Positions 20,844 to 31,301 of a DNA stretch of 64,000 nt are shown here, piece after piece. Where the stretch lies: assembly GCA_963663035.1 (NCBI GenBank), contig OY760074.1, forward strand, positions 2,848,001 through 2,912,000. Reading direction: 5' to 3'. This DNA is from Acidobacteriota bacterium (lineage in GTDB: Bacteria; Acidobacteriota; UBA6911; RPQK01; JADFOI01). The notes beneath the pieces were generated by a model that saw only the letters and a list, made by a program, of their open reading frames with translations, was not told the DNA's origin and did not search any database. The position numbers were made by a program, and so were the translations under genes. Numbering within the stretch: position 1 is the stretch's first letter; the number at the start of each line of letters is the position of its first letter.

Positions 20844-21287
20844 TCAGCGAGAAGAAGCGGCTTGGTACTTTCCGTCGAGGCTGCGCAAAAATGCGATGAG
20901 GGCGTTCAACTCTCGGTCCGAGGACCCTTTCCATTGGGGCATGAGCTTCTGTTTGCCCTCAAATCCAGAAACGACTTCACCATCAGGGATGGAGGAGGGA
21001 TTGGTCAGCTGTTCCCTCAGCCACTCTGGAGAACGACCTCTCTGAGCCTGCACAGTGAGATCTGGGCCAATCTCGCCCCTGAGGTTCAGACCGCGAGCCT
21101 GCAGGGTATGGCACAGACCACAGTTGTTCTCGACGATCACGCTTTTGGCCAGTTCTTCATCCGCCCGCGAGAGTCGTACATCCGCATGCGATTCGAGACA
21201 AGCACTTGTCAAAAGCGCTAACATGGAAACGCTTATGAAGAGAGCCCAAAAAGTTGTAGAGGTCATTCGCAACATATTTAACTCCAT
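20844..21287 (-). CDS. Monoheme c-type cytochrome (probable lipoprotein)
   Basis: CGLCH, IGPDL, LMP distal Met; hydrophobic N-terminus with LTSAC. Confidence 0.8.
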   Translation of the reverse strand: MELNMLRMTSTTFWALFISVSMLALLTSACLESHADVRLSRADEELAKSVIVENNCGLCHTLQARGLNLRGEIGPDLTVQAQRGRSPEWLREQLTNPSSIPDGEVVSGFEGKQKLMPQWKGSSDRELNALIAFLRSLDGKYQAASSR

Positions 21288-21328
21288 TATCGCATATTTT
21301 TTAGGTTATACGAGTAAAATATTTAGTC

Positions 21329-21763
21329 ATGCCTAAAAAACCCAGGATTCTTTTCATTTGTACAGGAAATTCGGCGCGCAGCCAGATGGCCGAGGGGTTT
21401 GCTCGCTACTACGGCGGAAGGTCCATTCAGTCCGAGAGTGCTGGAACGAATCCCAGCGGCTTAAACCCAAACGCGGTGTGGGCCATGCATGAAGTGGGCA
21501 TTGACATCTCGAGTCAGACTTCGGATCCCCTGAACAACAAGAACCTGGATACATTCGACTACTTAGTGACCCTGTGTGGGGAGGCTAAGGAGGCCTGTCC
21601 TGTCTTCCCCTCTCACACTCACAGCGAACACTGGCCGCTTGCCGATCCAGCCAAGATCCCTGGAAAGCCGACTGAAGTGATCAAGGGCTTTCGGGTCATT
21701 CGCTATCAAATCGAGGGCCGGGTGAGGGAGCTTTTGGGAAGAATTGAGGGAACATCTCATTAG
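21329..21763 (+). CDS. arsC: Thioredoxin-coupled arsenate reductase / LMW-PTP family
   Basis: CTGNSARSQMAEG, TLC..AKEACP, HWPLADP. Confidence 0.85.
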   Translation: MPKKPRILFICTGNSARSQMAEGFARYYGGRSIQSESAGTNPSGLNPNAVWAMHEVGIDISSQTSDPLNNKNLDTFDYLVTLCGEAKEACPVFPSHTHSEHWPLADPAKIPGKPTEVIKGFRVIRYQIEGRVRELLGRIEGTSH

Positions 21764-21803
21764 GAATCGAAAAAAAATCCAGTTTTCCGGTACAATCTCT
21801 GCG

Positions 21804-22103
21804 ATGACGCGCTCACTGCTGGTGGCTTTGTTAGTTCTGTTTGTCTCACAGTCGGGTTGTATCTGGAAACTGTGGACCAATGATACGCCGATTGAGGAAA
21901 GGATCTACGATGTGTACGGGACCGTTCAATCCATTTCCCTGGACGAGCTGATCATCCAGACCGACAAGGAGGAGCTGACTTTCCGGATGAGGCCGAGTTC
22001 CATCAAGGGAGGTGACTTGGAACCGGGAAACTATGTTCATGTCTACTACCAGATGGGGCAGGACGTGAAAGACGTGACCATGGTGGTAGAGAAGATAGGA
22101 TAG
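21804..22103 (+). CDS. Small hypothetical lipoprotein (possible OB-fold)
   Basis: Lipobox-like QSGC after hydrophobic stretch; beta-rich pattern. Confidence 0.6.
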   Translation: MTRSLLVALLVLFVSQSGCIWKLWTNDTPIEERIYDVYGTVQSISLDELIIQTDKEELTFRMRPSSIKGGDLEPGNYVHVYYQMGQDVKDVTMVVEKIG

Positions 22104-22118
22104 ACTCGGCTGGCCCCA

Positions 22119-23312
22119 ATGAAGCGATATTACGTCTGCTACTTTCACGAAATCATTCTCAAGGGGAAAAACCGTCCTTTCTTTGAAAAGCGCCTTTGTC
22201 AGAACGTCGAGCAAGCCTTGCGCGGTCTTCCCTATCATTCTATTCGCAGAACTTCAGGACGGGTTCTGGTTGAACTTGTTCCTGACTCACCAGTAGAAGA
22301 GATCGGTCTCCGTTTACAGAAGGTTTTTGGATTCGCCTATTGCTGTCCGTCGTGGTTGTCCGTTCAAGACATGGAGGTCCTTCAAGAAAATCTCTACGAG
22401 CTGGTGAGCCAGGAGAAGTTTGAAACCTTTCGGATTAGCGCTCGAAGGGCCAACAAAAAGTACTCGCTTTCCTCACAACAGATCAACGAACATCTGGGAG
22501 ACGTCATCCGCACTCGCTCAGGAAAGTCCGTTCGTCTCGAGGACCCCGACTTGAACTGTTATGTGGACATTGTCGACCACTATGCATTCTTGTACTTCCG
22601 CAGGTTGAAAGGGGTGAAGGGACTGCCGCTTTCCTCTTCCGGGAAAGTCGTCGTATTGCTTTCCGGAGGGATTGACTCACCCGTGGCCGCTTTCAAGGTG
22701 ATGAAGCGCGGTTGCCGGGCCATCTTCGTTCATTTTCACAGCATTCCCCACACCACGCCTGAATCCCTGGACAAGGTGCGCCAATTGGTTTCGATCCTCA
22801 ATGAGTACCAATATCGTTCCAAGATCTACATGATCCCCTTCGCAGAAATACAGCGACAAATCGTAGCCTTCACCCCCGCTGAAACTCGAGTGATCTTGTA
22901 TCGTCGGCTCATGATGCGATTGGCAGAAGAGGTTGCTCGACGGGAAGGCGCTCAGGCCTTGGTCACCGGGGACAGCATTGGACAGGTTGCTTCCCAGACC
23001 CTGGAAAACCTGCGTGTCATTTCCGACGTATCCCAGCTGCCGATCTTGCGTCCCTTGATTGGAGAGGACAAGGAAGAGATCATCAGCCTTGCCCGCCGTA
23101 TCGGGACTTATCCCATCTCTATTCTGCCTCACGATGACTGTTGCTCTCTTTTCACTCCCCGACATCCTGAAACACGGGCCAGACTGGATGGGATTTCTCG
23201 AGTAGAAAGTGCTTTGGATATACCCCACATGGTCCAGGAGGCCTTACAGCAGGTGGAGACTGAAAAGATCGAGTTTCAAGGTCAGAACCAAGAAAAAGCA
23301 ATGAGCAGGTAA
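22119..23312 (+). CDS. thiI: tRNA 4-thiouridine synthase ThiI (no rhodanese domain)
   Basis: EIILKGKNR, THUMP, LSGGIDSPVA, GDSIGQVASQT, DDCC. Confidence 0.95.
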   Translation: MKRYYVCYFHEIILKGKNRPFFEKRLCQNVEQALRGLPYHSIRRTSGRVLVELVPDSPVEEIGLRLQKVFGFAYCCPSWLSVQDMEVLQENLYELVSQEKFETFRISARRANKKYSLSSQQINEHLGDVIRTRSGKSVRLEDPDLNCYVDIVDHYAFLYFRRLKGVKGLPLSSSGKVVVLLSGGIDSPVAAFKVMKRGCRAIFVHFHSIPHTTPESLDKVRQLVSILNEYQYRSKIYMIPFAEIQRQIVAFTPAETRVILYRRLMMRLAEEVARREGAQALVTGDSIGQVASQTLENLRVISDVSQLPILRPLIGEDKEEIISLARRIGTYPISILPHDDCCSLFTPRHPETRARLDGISRVESALDIPHMVQEALQQVETEKIEFQGQNQEKAMSR

Positions 23313-23318
23313 CTCCCG

Positions 23319-24674
23319 ATGGATCATCTACCGCAACTCTTGCTCATTCTAATAGGGATCATCGTGGCCGCCAAACTGGCAGGTGCGCTGAGCGTGCGCT
23401 TTGGACAGCCGGCGGTTTTCGGAGAGATCGCAATCGGTTTAATTCTCGGTCCGACGGTCTTGAATATTCTGGACTGGAATCTGTTCTCACAGGCTGGCGC
23501 TCACGGCAGTGGAGCCATCGACGCCTTGATCACTGCCGCCCAGCAATCCGGCTCACTGGAGGAACCGGCGAACTCGCTTTTTCTTCAGGGTATGGTCAGG
23601 GATTTGGCAGAGATTGGGGTCATTCTCCTCATGTTCGTGGCCGGCATGGAGACCGATCTGGAGGGAATGAAAAAGGTGGGCAAGACCGCTCTTTGGGCCG
23701 CCGTGGGAGGGGTCCTTCTGCCTTTCCTGGGGGGAACCCTGGCGAGTTTCTATTACGGATTTCCTCTCTATTGGGAAGCCATTTTTGTGGGAACCATTCT
23801 GACAGCCACTTCCGTTTCGATCTCCGCCCAGACTCTGATTGAACTGAAAGTCCTCCGTTCTCGAGAAGGAACCACCATTTTAGGGGCAGCGGTGATTGAC
23901 GACGTCTTGGGCATTATTCTGCTGGGTGTCATAACCGCCCTGTCCGCCGTTGGAGCTGCTGAGGAAGCGGAGACGGCTGGGGTTGGCACCGTCCTGGGAA
24001 TCCTGTTTTGGATCTCTCTGTATTTTGTAGCCTTCTGGTTCATCGGGCGAAGGTACCTGGAGCGATGGTGTGAGAAAGTCAGCAAACTTCCGGCAAGTCA
24101 GGCCCTGCTGGCCTTCGTCCTGGTGGTCGCTTTCTCCTTTGCCTTTGCGGCCGAGGTTGTGGCTCATCTGGCTGCAATCACAGGTTCTTACATGGCTGGA
24201 GTCTTGTTTGCTCAAACCCGCTTCAAGGAAGAGATCAACGATAAGATTCATCCTCTGACCTACTCCCTTTTTGTTCCTATCTTTTTTGTCAGCATCGGTC
24301 TTCAAGCCAATGCTCGAGAATTGGGGGCAGAAATCGGCTTCCTGGTGACCATCGTCCTTCTGGCTATCTTTACCAAAATTGTGGGTTGCTTCCTGGGTGC
24401 ACGGGCCAACGGCTTCGACAATATCCAATCGTTTCGGGTGGGGGTTGGAATGGTCAGTCGGGGAGAGGTTGGACTGATTGTGGCGGGTGTTGGGCTGGGT
24501 CGCGCCATCATCAGTCAGGAAATGTTTTCAGTGATGGTGATTATGGTCCTGGTGACCACCATGATCACCCCCATCATGCTGCGTTATGTTTTCCCTCGAG
24601 TCAAGGAGGTCCCCGGTGAGGTTTTCGAATCCATTGGCAGTCAAAGAATGAGACAGAAAAAAGAGGAGGAATAG
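23319..24674 (+). CDS. CPA2 cation:proton antiporter
   Basis: GQPAVFGE, TATSVSI, AAVIDD, GMVSRGEV. Confidence 0.9.
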   Translation: MDHLPQLLLILIGIIVAAKLAGALSVRFGQPAVFGEIAIGLILGPTVLNILDWNLFSQAGAHGSGAIDALITAAQQSGSLEEPANSLFLQGMVRDLAEIGVILLMFVAGMETDLEGMKKVGKTALWAAVGGVLLPFLGGTLASFYYGFPLYWEAIFVGTILTATSVSISAQTLIELKVLRSREGTTILGAAVIDDVLGIILLGVITALSAVGAAEEAETAGVGTVLGILFWISLYFVAFWFIGRRYLERWCEKVSKLPASQALLAFVLVVAFSFAFAAEVVAHLAAITGSYMAGVLFAQTRFKEEINDKIHPLTYSLFVPIFFVSIGLQANARELGAEIGFLVTIVLLAIFTKIVGCFLGARANGFDNIQSFRVGVGMVSRGEVGLIVAGVGLGRAIISQEMFSVMVIMVLVTTMITPIMLRYVFPRVKEVPGEVFESIGSQRMRQKKEEE

Positions 24675-24684
24675 TAGAAAACAA

Positions 24685-25335
24685 TTGCGCCTGCCGTGCA
24701 TCTATGGGTATATGAAAATGATCTCCTGGAGAAGAGCCATCCTTGCAGTCTTTATGATCTCGGCCTGGATTTCCTTGACGGCTCAGTCTCCGCCGACGCC
24801 AGAAGCGACAAGCGACCCCGGAGTTGAAAAAGTCACGCGGCTGCTGGAGGAGTTGAAAGACAATCACAAGGCCGGCACTTCCGAGAGCATGACTTATGAA
24901 CTCACTGAGGCCGAGTTGAATGCCTATCTGACAGCCCAGCTCCGCCAACAGGGTCAACAGGCAGTGGAAAGCCTTTCGGTCACTCTCAAGGAGGGCACCT
25001 TCCTGACCTCAATAGAGGTCGACACGGATCAGTTGGAGTTAAAAGGCGATGCCCTAACTTTAGGTTTTCTCAGACTTCTCCTCCAGGGCAAACAGACTCT
25101 GGAAATTGAGGGAACACTGGAGGCCGAAAATGGCATTGGAACGTATCTTGTCCAAGAGGCTCGACTCAGCGGCTTTCCTCTTCCCGCTAATCTGGTCAAC
25201 GACCTCTTAAGCTCGGTGGGCCAGAAACAAAATCCTCCCTTTGACCCGACCCAGCCTTTCCCCATGCCTTTCTCTATTGAGTCTGTTACCTTCCACCCCG
25301 GAAGGGCGAATGTCAGAACAGCAGATAGGAGGTAG
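24685..25335 (+). CDS. Exported hypothetical protein (possible DUF2993/LmeA-like lipid-binding)
   Basis: Signal peptide; LTEAELNAYL motif; start probably 24712-24718. Confidence 0.55.
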   Translation: MRLPCIYGYMKMISWRRAILAVFMISAWISLTAQSPPTPEATSDPGVEKVTRLLEELKDNHKAGTSESMTYELTEAELNAYLTAQLRQQGQQAVESLSVTLKEGTFLTSIEVDTDQLELKGDALTLGFLRLLLQGKQTLEIEGTLEAENGIGTYLVQEARLSGFPLPANLVNDLLSSVGQKQNPPFDPTQPFPMPFSIESVTFHPGRANVRTADRR

Positions 25336-25459
25336 GAGTCAGAAGAGAGGAGGTAGGAGTCAGGAGTCAGGAGAGCGATAATTCAGGGTCATGCTGTCGA
25401 GACTCAAGAAACAAAGCACTCACTTGGATTCCTACCTCCTACCTCCTACCTCCTATCTG
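25322..25459. repeat. Inverted heptamer (GTAGGAG/TCAGGAG) repeat element between convergent genes
   Basis: 17-bp IR CAGATAGGAGGTAGGAG at 25322-25338 and its reverse complement at 25443-25459. Confidence 0.75.
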
Positions 25460-26197
25460 ATAGTAATCCTCAGAGAACTCTCCTTTTTGCCATCGAATGA
25501 GATAGCCAAACTCTGGAAGCAAGGGGAAAAGTCGGTCGGCCTTGAAATAGAGGAACAGGCCGGCATTGATTCGAAGGTGACTCTTGATTCTCCTGAAGGA
25601 AACACTCTCAGCCAGACTTGCCTCTGTTCCGGCAGCGGTGCGCAGAGTTTTCTGCCATCCCTCCTCACTGTTTGAAAGCAGAAGAAAGTCAGGCATCTGC
25701 ACCTGGTAAAGAATCTGTCCTGATTCGGCTCCCTTGTAAACACGGATATTCTCATAGTCCAGAACATCCGTTTGAGCGGCTCCGAAAGTGTTTTGCATAG
25801 CCAACTCGATTCGGAGTTCAAGTGCTCGACCGTGAAGGGGGCGAGGTCTCAGAAGAGCCGTAAAATGAATCCGCCATGAGCCATTGGCTTGACGCTCAAG
25901 ATGGTGGACGAAAAACCACAAACTTTCCACGTCATTGGTAAACAGGCTGACCGCCTGCTTTCTCACTTCCTCGGGGATGCTCCCACCAAGACTTTCCGAA
26001 GCCAGATCGAACCAGTTCCGCAGGCGGGAATGCTCCAGAAAATCGAGATTTGTGGGCGGATCGGTAAGGACAATCAAGCCCAGGATGTCCTGTGGGACAG
26101 ATTGCTCGAAAGTGCTTCTCTGCACGGGTCGGAGAAACCAGATGATGCCCAGGCTCAGTTGGCAAAGCAGCAATCCTATGGCGATCAGAAGGCGCAT
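25439..26197 (-). CDS. Membrane-anchored hypothetical protein
   Basis: 252-aa ORF, N-terminal TM; no family recognised. Confidence 0.6.
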   Translation of the reverse strand: MRLLIAIGLLLCQLSLGIIWFLRPVQRSTFEQSVPQDILGLIVLTDPPTNLDFLEHSRLRNWFDLASESLGGSIPEEVRKQAVSLFTNDVESLWFFVHHLERQANGSWRIHFTALLRPRPLHGRALELRIELAMQNTFGAAQTDVLDYENIRVYKGAESGQILYQVQMPDFLLLSNSEEGWQKTLRTAAGTEASLAESVSFRRIKSHLRINAGLFLYFKADRLFPLLPEFGYLIRWQKGEFSEDYYQIGGRR

Positions 26198-26244
26198 TAG
26201 ACGATCCCTTTTGAAGTATGCTATTCTACGGCCCTTCTTGCAGC

Positions 26245-27366
26245 ATGAATGTTAAACAACTCGAAGAAAAACTGACAACCACCCATGGAGTCAACGAGAA
26301 GTTGGACGTTCTGGACGAGCTCGCCTCCTACTATTACGATCACGATAACTACCAGAAGGCCATCAGTTACTACCAGGAAGCTGAGAAATTAGCCCCTGAC
26401 GGCAATCCCCAAGCTTACTACCAAGGTCTGGAAGGCATTTGCTATTTTTTCTTGAAGAAAGACAAGGAGGCCTACCAGGCACTTCTGGGGGCCAAAGAAG
26501 TGCTTCGTCCCAAAGAGGATGACTTTGATCCGGAAATCTGTGGACTGGTCCATTACTTTTTAGGATCGCTCTATGAGTACAACGAGGCCAATGATAGCTC
26601 CCTGGAATGCCGGCTTGAAGCGCTCAAGTACCTGACCCACCTCCATCGAGAAGCCCAATGGATGCTGCTGGCCGGGATGAGCCGGAACTACGAACAGCAG
26701 GGTGAATTACGGAAGTCAGTGGAGTGCAACACTCAGGCCATCTCCCTCATCAGCAACGACGATCCTGAAGTCGTTTTCATTTTTGAAAGTCTTGGTTCCA
26801 GTCATTACGAACTGGCTGAGTACGAGAAGGCCCTGGAATACTTCTCACGAGTCCTGGAAGTGGATGCCGGGTTCGAGCGGAAAGAGGACATCTTCTTCAA
26901 CATCGGCTTGTGCTATCAACGATTACTCAACTTCCGACTGGCACTGGAGTCTTATCTCAAGCTGCTGGAAGTCAAAGAGCTGGATCCCGACAAGGACTCG
27001 CTGTGTTGGCTGTACATCGAGATTATTCACTGCTATTTCAGTCTGAAGGAACACGACCACTCCATTGAATATGTTAAAAAAGCTCTGAGCCAGTCCATAG
27101 AGGACAAGGAAGAAAACGCCGAGGTTCACAGCTATCTGAGCAATAATTATCATGCCTTAGGGAGGTATCAAGAAGCTGCGGAAGCTGGTGAAGAAACACT
27201 CAAGATCTCTGATAAGTTTCATAATATGAAGATCATGCTTCCTAATCTGGCAATGAGTTACTACCAGCTGGGACAGAAAGAAAAGTTCCACTTCTATCGT
27301 GATTGGTGCAATCGTGCCTTCCCCGACCTGCGTTGGACCAAGGAACTCAACAAGCTGGAAATATAG
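26245..27366 (+). CDS. TPR-repeat protein
   Basis: Multiple TPR consensus repeats (LG..HY...EYEKALEYF). Confidence 0.85.
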   Translation: MNVKQLEEKLTTTHGVNEKLDVLDELASYYYDHDNYQKAISYYQEAEKLAPDGNPQAYYQGLEGICYFFLKKDKEAYQALLGAKEVLRPKEDDFDPEICGLVHYFLGSLYEYNEANDSSLECRLEALKYLTHLHREAQWMLLAGMSRNYEQQGELRKSVECNTQAISLISNDDPEVVFIFESLGSSHYELAEYEKALEYFSRVLEVDAGFERKEDIFFNIGLCYQRLLNFRLALESYLKLLEVKELDPDKDSLCWLYIEIIHCYFSLKEHDHSIEYVKKALSQSIEDKEENAEVHSYLSNNYHALGRYQEAAEAGEETLKISDKFHNMKIMLPNLAMSYYQLGQKEKFHFYRDWCNRAFPDLRWTKELNKLEI

Positions 27367-27385
27367 AAAGCCCGCCGGCCATTGG

Positions 27386-28711
27386 ATGTCCTTAAAATTA
27401 CGGGTTGAGCCTCATCTGTTAGAAGGCGCTCTAACCATCGTCAGGACGCTTCACGATCAAGGACATAGGGCCTACTTTGCTGGGGGCGCGGTTCGGGATC
27501 TGGTCCTTGAAAAGAGCCCTTCTGAGATCGATATAGCCACCTCCGCTTCCCCCCAAGAGATTGAACGGCTCTTCCCCAAGACGATCCCCGTGGGTAAGGA
27601 GTTCGGGGTGGTGGTTGTGGTACAGGACTCGACAAACTACGAGGTGACAACTTTCCGCCAGGACTCCGGTTACGAAGATGGTCGTCACCCCACTCAGGTG
27701 AGTTTCACCGATGCCCGATGCGATGTCGAGCGTCGTGATTTTACGGTCAACGCACTTTTCCTCGATCCCTTCAGCAAGGAAATCCTCGACTATGTAAAGG
27801 GAAGAGAAGATATCAAGGGCAAGTTGATTCGCACCGTGGGTCCTCCTGAAGACCGATTCCAGGAGGACAAACTCCGCATCCTGCGGGCCTTGCGCCTGGC
27901 CTGTCAGCTCGATTTTGAGATCGAACCGAACACCTACCGACAAGTGCAGCACTATGCTTCAGAAATCACTCAGGTGAGTTGGGAGAGAATCAGGGACGAA
28001 CTGTTAAAGATTCTCACGGGCCCGGATCCGGCTCGGGGCCTGGAACTCCTGTCCGATTCAGGAGTTCTGGCAGTAATCTTGCCCGAGGTTGCCGCCATGC
28101 ACGGTGTGCAGCAGCCACCTCAATTTCACCCGGAAGGCGACGTTTTTGTCCACACCTGTTTGCTTTTCAAGCTCTCCAAGAAACCCAGTACGACGCTCGC
28201 CCTGGCGATTTTGCTGCACGACGTGGGCAAACCTCCCACCTTCATTGTCAAAGAGCGAATTCGCTTTGATGGTCATGCTGAGTTAGGGGCCAAGATGGCA
28301 GATGAGATCTGTCGAAAGCTGCGCCTTCCCAACCAGCAGATCGAAGACGTGGTAGATCTGGTAAAAGATCATCTGCGGTTCATACACGTTCAGGAGATGC
28401 GGGAGAGCACTTTGAAGCGTTTCCTTCGGAAAGAGAATTTTGACGACCACCTTGAACTGCACCGCCTGGACTCCCTGGCCAGTCACGGCAACCTTTCGAA
28501 TTACGACTTCTGTCGAGAGAAGCTGGAGGAGCTGAGTGAAGAAGCGATGCGGCCCATGCCTCTCATCAATGGACATGATCTGATGGATCTGGGCCTCAGC
28601 CCGGGGCCCCTCTTTTCCGAGATCCTCGGTGCTGCCGAGGACCTTCAGCTGGAGGGCAATCTGTCAGGCAAGGAAGAAGCCCTGGATTGGGTGAAAGCGC
28701 ACTATCTGTAG
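27386..28711 (+). CDS. cca: CCA tRNA nucleotidyltransferase with HD domain
   Basis: GGAVRD, EIDIAT, EVTTFR, RRDFTVNA, EDKLRILRA, HPEGDV, LLHDVGK. Confidence 0.9.
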   Translation: MSLKLRVEPHLLEGALTIVRTLHDQGHRAYFAGGAVRDLVLEKSPSEIDIATSASPQEIERLFPKTIPVGKEFGVVVVVQDSTNYEVTTFRQDSGYEDGRHPTQVSFTDARCDVERRDFTVNALFLDPFSKEILDYVKGREDIKGKLIRTVGPPEDRFQEDKLRILRALRLACQLDFEIEPNTYRQVQHYASEITQVSWERIRDELLKILTGPDPARGLELLSDSGVLAVILPEVAAMHGVQQPPQFHPEGDVFVHTCLLFKLSKKPSTTLALAILLHDVGKPPTFIVKERIRFDGHAELGAKMADEICRKLRLPNQQIEDVVDLVKDHLRFIHVQEMRESTLKRFLRKENFDDHLELHRLDSLASHGNLSNYDFCREKLEELSEEAMRPMPLINGHDLMDLGLSPGPLFSEILGAAEDLQLEGNLSGKEEALDWVKAHYL

Positions 28712-28777
28712 AGGTTTCCGGACTTCAATGTCGATTTTCCTGGTGCCTTTGCTCACAGAGTGCTATAAGAAAAAAAC

Positions 28778-29617
28778 ATGAAGAACAAAACATCCTTCCT
28801 TACACTCTTGATTTTGATGAGTTACTCAACATGGCTCGGCTGTGGATCCTCGGAAGAGGCTCTCGACGAGGAAGCAGCTGCAGCAGTACCCGAGATAGAA
28901 ATGCCCCAACCGGGTGATACGGTGCTCGTTCCAGCCGGTGAGTTCACCATGGGGACAGAACAAGAGTTGCCACCTCCGCTGGCGGGTCCAGAACGCACAA
29001 TCGACCTTCCTGCCTTCTATATTGATGTCTATGAGGTGACACACGGCGAGTGGATCAGGTTCCTGACTGAGACGGACTACCGACCAGAAGGCAATTGGCG
29101 ACAATTTTACAGTATCGGTAAGGAAGACAATCCCGTGAGCAACGTGTACTGGGAAGACGCAAAGGCCTATTGTGAGGCCTTTGGAAAGCGATTACCGACG
29201 GAGGAAGAATGGGAGAAAGCCGCCCGTGGTCCAGATGGCAACAGGTATCCTTGGGGCGATGTTTGGGACGCCATGAAATCAAATTCCTCCGAGCTGGCAA
29301 TGCGCAATACGATGGAGGTTGGAGAGTCGCCCGAAGATAAGAGCTACTACGGTGCTTACGACATGATGGGCAACGCACAGGAGTGGACTTCCGAGGAGCT
29401 GACCCCTTATCCAGGCAGTTCAGCCCGCCGAGACGATGCCTTTCAAAGGGATTACATCGCGGTCCGTGGCGGTTCTTATGCCGTGGTAGGCAGAACCATG
29501 TCCCTGTCCAGTCGCAGCGGCTATGCAGCCGACTCCCAGTATGGCATTGGCTTCCGCTGTGCAAAGGACGCCCAGGAAGAAAGTCCTGCCGAAGAAAGTC
29601 CTTCCACGGAGCAGTAG
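28778..29617 (+). CDS. SUMF1/FGE-sulfatase-domain lipoprotein
   Basis: Lipobox LGC; PAGEFTMG, RLPTEEEWEKAARG, DMMGNAQEW, RGGS, GFRC. Confidence 0.88.
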   Translation: MKNKTSFLTLLILMSYSTWLGCGSSEEALDEEAAAAVPEIEMPQPGDTVLVPAGEFTMGTEQELPPPLAGPERTIDLPAFYIDVYEVTHGEWIRFLTETDYRPEGNWRQFYSIGKEDNPVSNVYWEDAKAYCEAFGKRLPTEEEWEKAARGPDGNRYPWGDVWDAMKSNSSELAMRNTMEVGESPEDKSYYGAYDMMGNAQEWTSEELTPYPGSSARRDDAFQRDYIAVRGGSYAVVGRTMSLSSRSGYAADSQYGIGFRCAKDAQEESPAEESPSTEQ

Positions 29618-29635
29618 TCCAGACGCCCCCCCGGC

Positions 29636-29664
29636 TTGACAGGCTCACCAAATCTCAATAGCAT
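29636..29664 (+). promoter_or_regulatory. sigma70-type promoter of tRNA-fMet
   Basis: TTGACA-17nt-TAGCAT ending 6 nt before the tRNA. Confidence 0.7.
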
Positions 29665-29669
29665 CGATT

Positions 29670-29746
<77 letters not shown>

Positions 29747-29754
29747 AGCCTAAC

Positions 29755-31052
29755 TGGTGCATTCCGGACACATAGGTTACAGTTTATTCCGAAGACATAG
29801 GTAACACCTTTGCACCAAAAGGGTTATTTATAGGTTCAAACCTTCTACTGTCTTCGTCAAAGTAACCGAGGTCGTATTCCATAAACGACACCAGCCAAAT
29901 TTTCTCTTTGACCTCTTTGATTCCAACATCTTGACCAGCAAACACCGTGCTGAAGTTGATCTTTTGACTTTTCATACAGATTCTGCCGCAGCTGGTGACG
30001 GTCACGGTGCGATCGTGCATGGGGTACTCGACGCGCCCGATTCCTCGGTAGGGACAAGATGCGGGAGTATAGACCTCGGACGGAAACTTCATGCCCAGGG
30101 CCTCATGAGGTCTCTCAGTATTGTATTCCGCCTGAAAGGCATTAAACCTCTCTTGCTGCTGAAGAAGGTTGTGGGCAGCGGGAACGACTGTGGCCTTCTT
30201 GAGGGTGAGATGAAGGCGCTCATGCCTTCCGTTCTGCTCGGGATGGCCGGGCTTGATCCTCTCGATTCGGATTCCTAGCCTAAGCCACCAGACGGCCAGT
30301 CGACTGAGTCCAAACAATCCGTTGGGTGATGCAAAAGGGACTCCGTTGTCCGTGCGGATCGCTTCCGGCAAACCTAACTCTTGAAAGGTTCTCTCGAATA
30401 CGGGGAAAGCACCTCTTTCCTTAACACTGTCGAGAGCCTCGATGGCGAGCAGATAACGGCTGGCGTGATCGCTCACGGTGAGAGGATAACAGTACCGTTT
30501 GTCTCCCAGCATGAACTCTCCTTTGAAGTCGGCAGACCAAAGGTCATTGGGATTCTGGCTGCTGGACAATCGAGTCCCCTCTGCCTTGAACCGTCGCCGT
30601 TTTCTACAGTTCACCAGGCCGTTGCGATCCAGAACCGCGTGAACTGTGCTCACCGCAGGCGGCCGTACATTCGGAAACCTACGAATCAGGAGCGCCCGAA
30701 TCTTGGGAGCTCCCCAATACGGCTTCTCTCGCTTTAGCCTGACCAGGGTCCGTTCCACCTGTTCGGGCAGTTGGTTTCCGTAACGATGCGGCTTGCGGCT
30801 CCGATCCACCAGGGCGTAAGCGCCGGTGTTTTGATAGCGGTTCCAAATCTTGTAGCCCGTCTTTCTGGATATCCCAAACTCCTCACACAGACGGCTCATG
30901 GACTCCCCATCCAACAGCTTCGCTATAAATCTCATTCTCTCGTCCATCACACAGATCTCCTTCCATGGCATCTCTGGGCACCTCCCAGAAGAAGCCTATA
31001 AGTGTTACCCATGTGTCCGGTATAATTTGTTACCCATCTTTCGGAATGGGCA
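29755..31052 (-). mobile_element. IS481-family insertion sequence
   Basis: Imperfect ~50-bp terminal IRs, each with two TTCCG-n-CAT.GGT.ACA subrepeats; encloses transposase; ends accurate to +/- 1-2 nt. Confidence 0.88.
29784..30971 (-). CDS. IS481-family DDE transposase
   Basis: MPWKE..VMDER, HTH (ISRKTGYK), WSADFKG, IRTDNG, PEQNGRHER, YNTERPHEAL. Confidence 0.95.
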   Translation of the reverse strand: MPWKEICVMDERMRFIAKLLDGESMSRLCEEFGISRKTGYKIWNRYQNTGAYALVDRSRKPHRYGNQLPEQVERTLVRLKREKPYWGAPKIRALLIRRFPNVRPPAVSTVHAVLDRNGLVNCRKRRRFKAEGTRLSSSQNPNDLWSADFKGEFMLGDKRYCYPLTVSDHASRYLLAIEALDSVKERGAFPVFERTFQELGLPEAIRTDNGVPFASPNGLFGLSRLAVWWLRLGIRIERIKPGHPEQNGRHERLHLTLKKATVVPAAHNLLQQQERFNAFQAEYNTERPHEALGMKFPSEVYTPASCPYRGIGRVEYPMHDRTVTVTSCGRICMKSQKINFSTVFAGQDVGIKEVKEKIWLVSFMEYDLGYFDEDSRRFEPINNPFGAKVLPMSSE

Positions 31053-31301
31053 ACTCAATCATTTACAGCCAAGAAAGGTTCCCTTAAAAACCCGACTTTG
31101 GGTTATAAAACCAAAGGTCTGTGTCTTTCGATCAAGCATGGGTGTAGTGCTTTTGTAATCGATAGAAGGGGTCAAAAACAGCTTGAAAATGGATGCCTCC
31201 GCGGGCCCCTTAACAACCGAAATAGCCTCCCTTGACCGATTCTTGCCGACTTCGATAGACTTCCCTTAGCAAAAGAACTTCCTATCGAAAGGAGAGCCAT
31301 T

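Noticed and set aside
21329-21763. Arsenic-resistance operon
   Set aside because: Lone arsC-like gene without arsR/acr3/arsB
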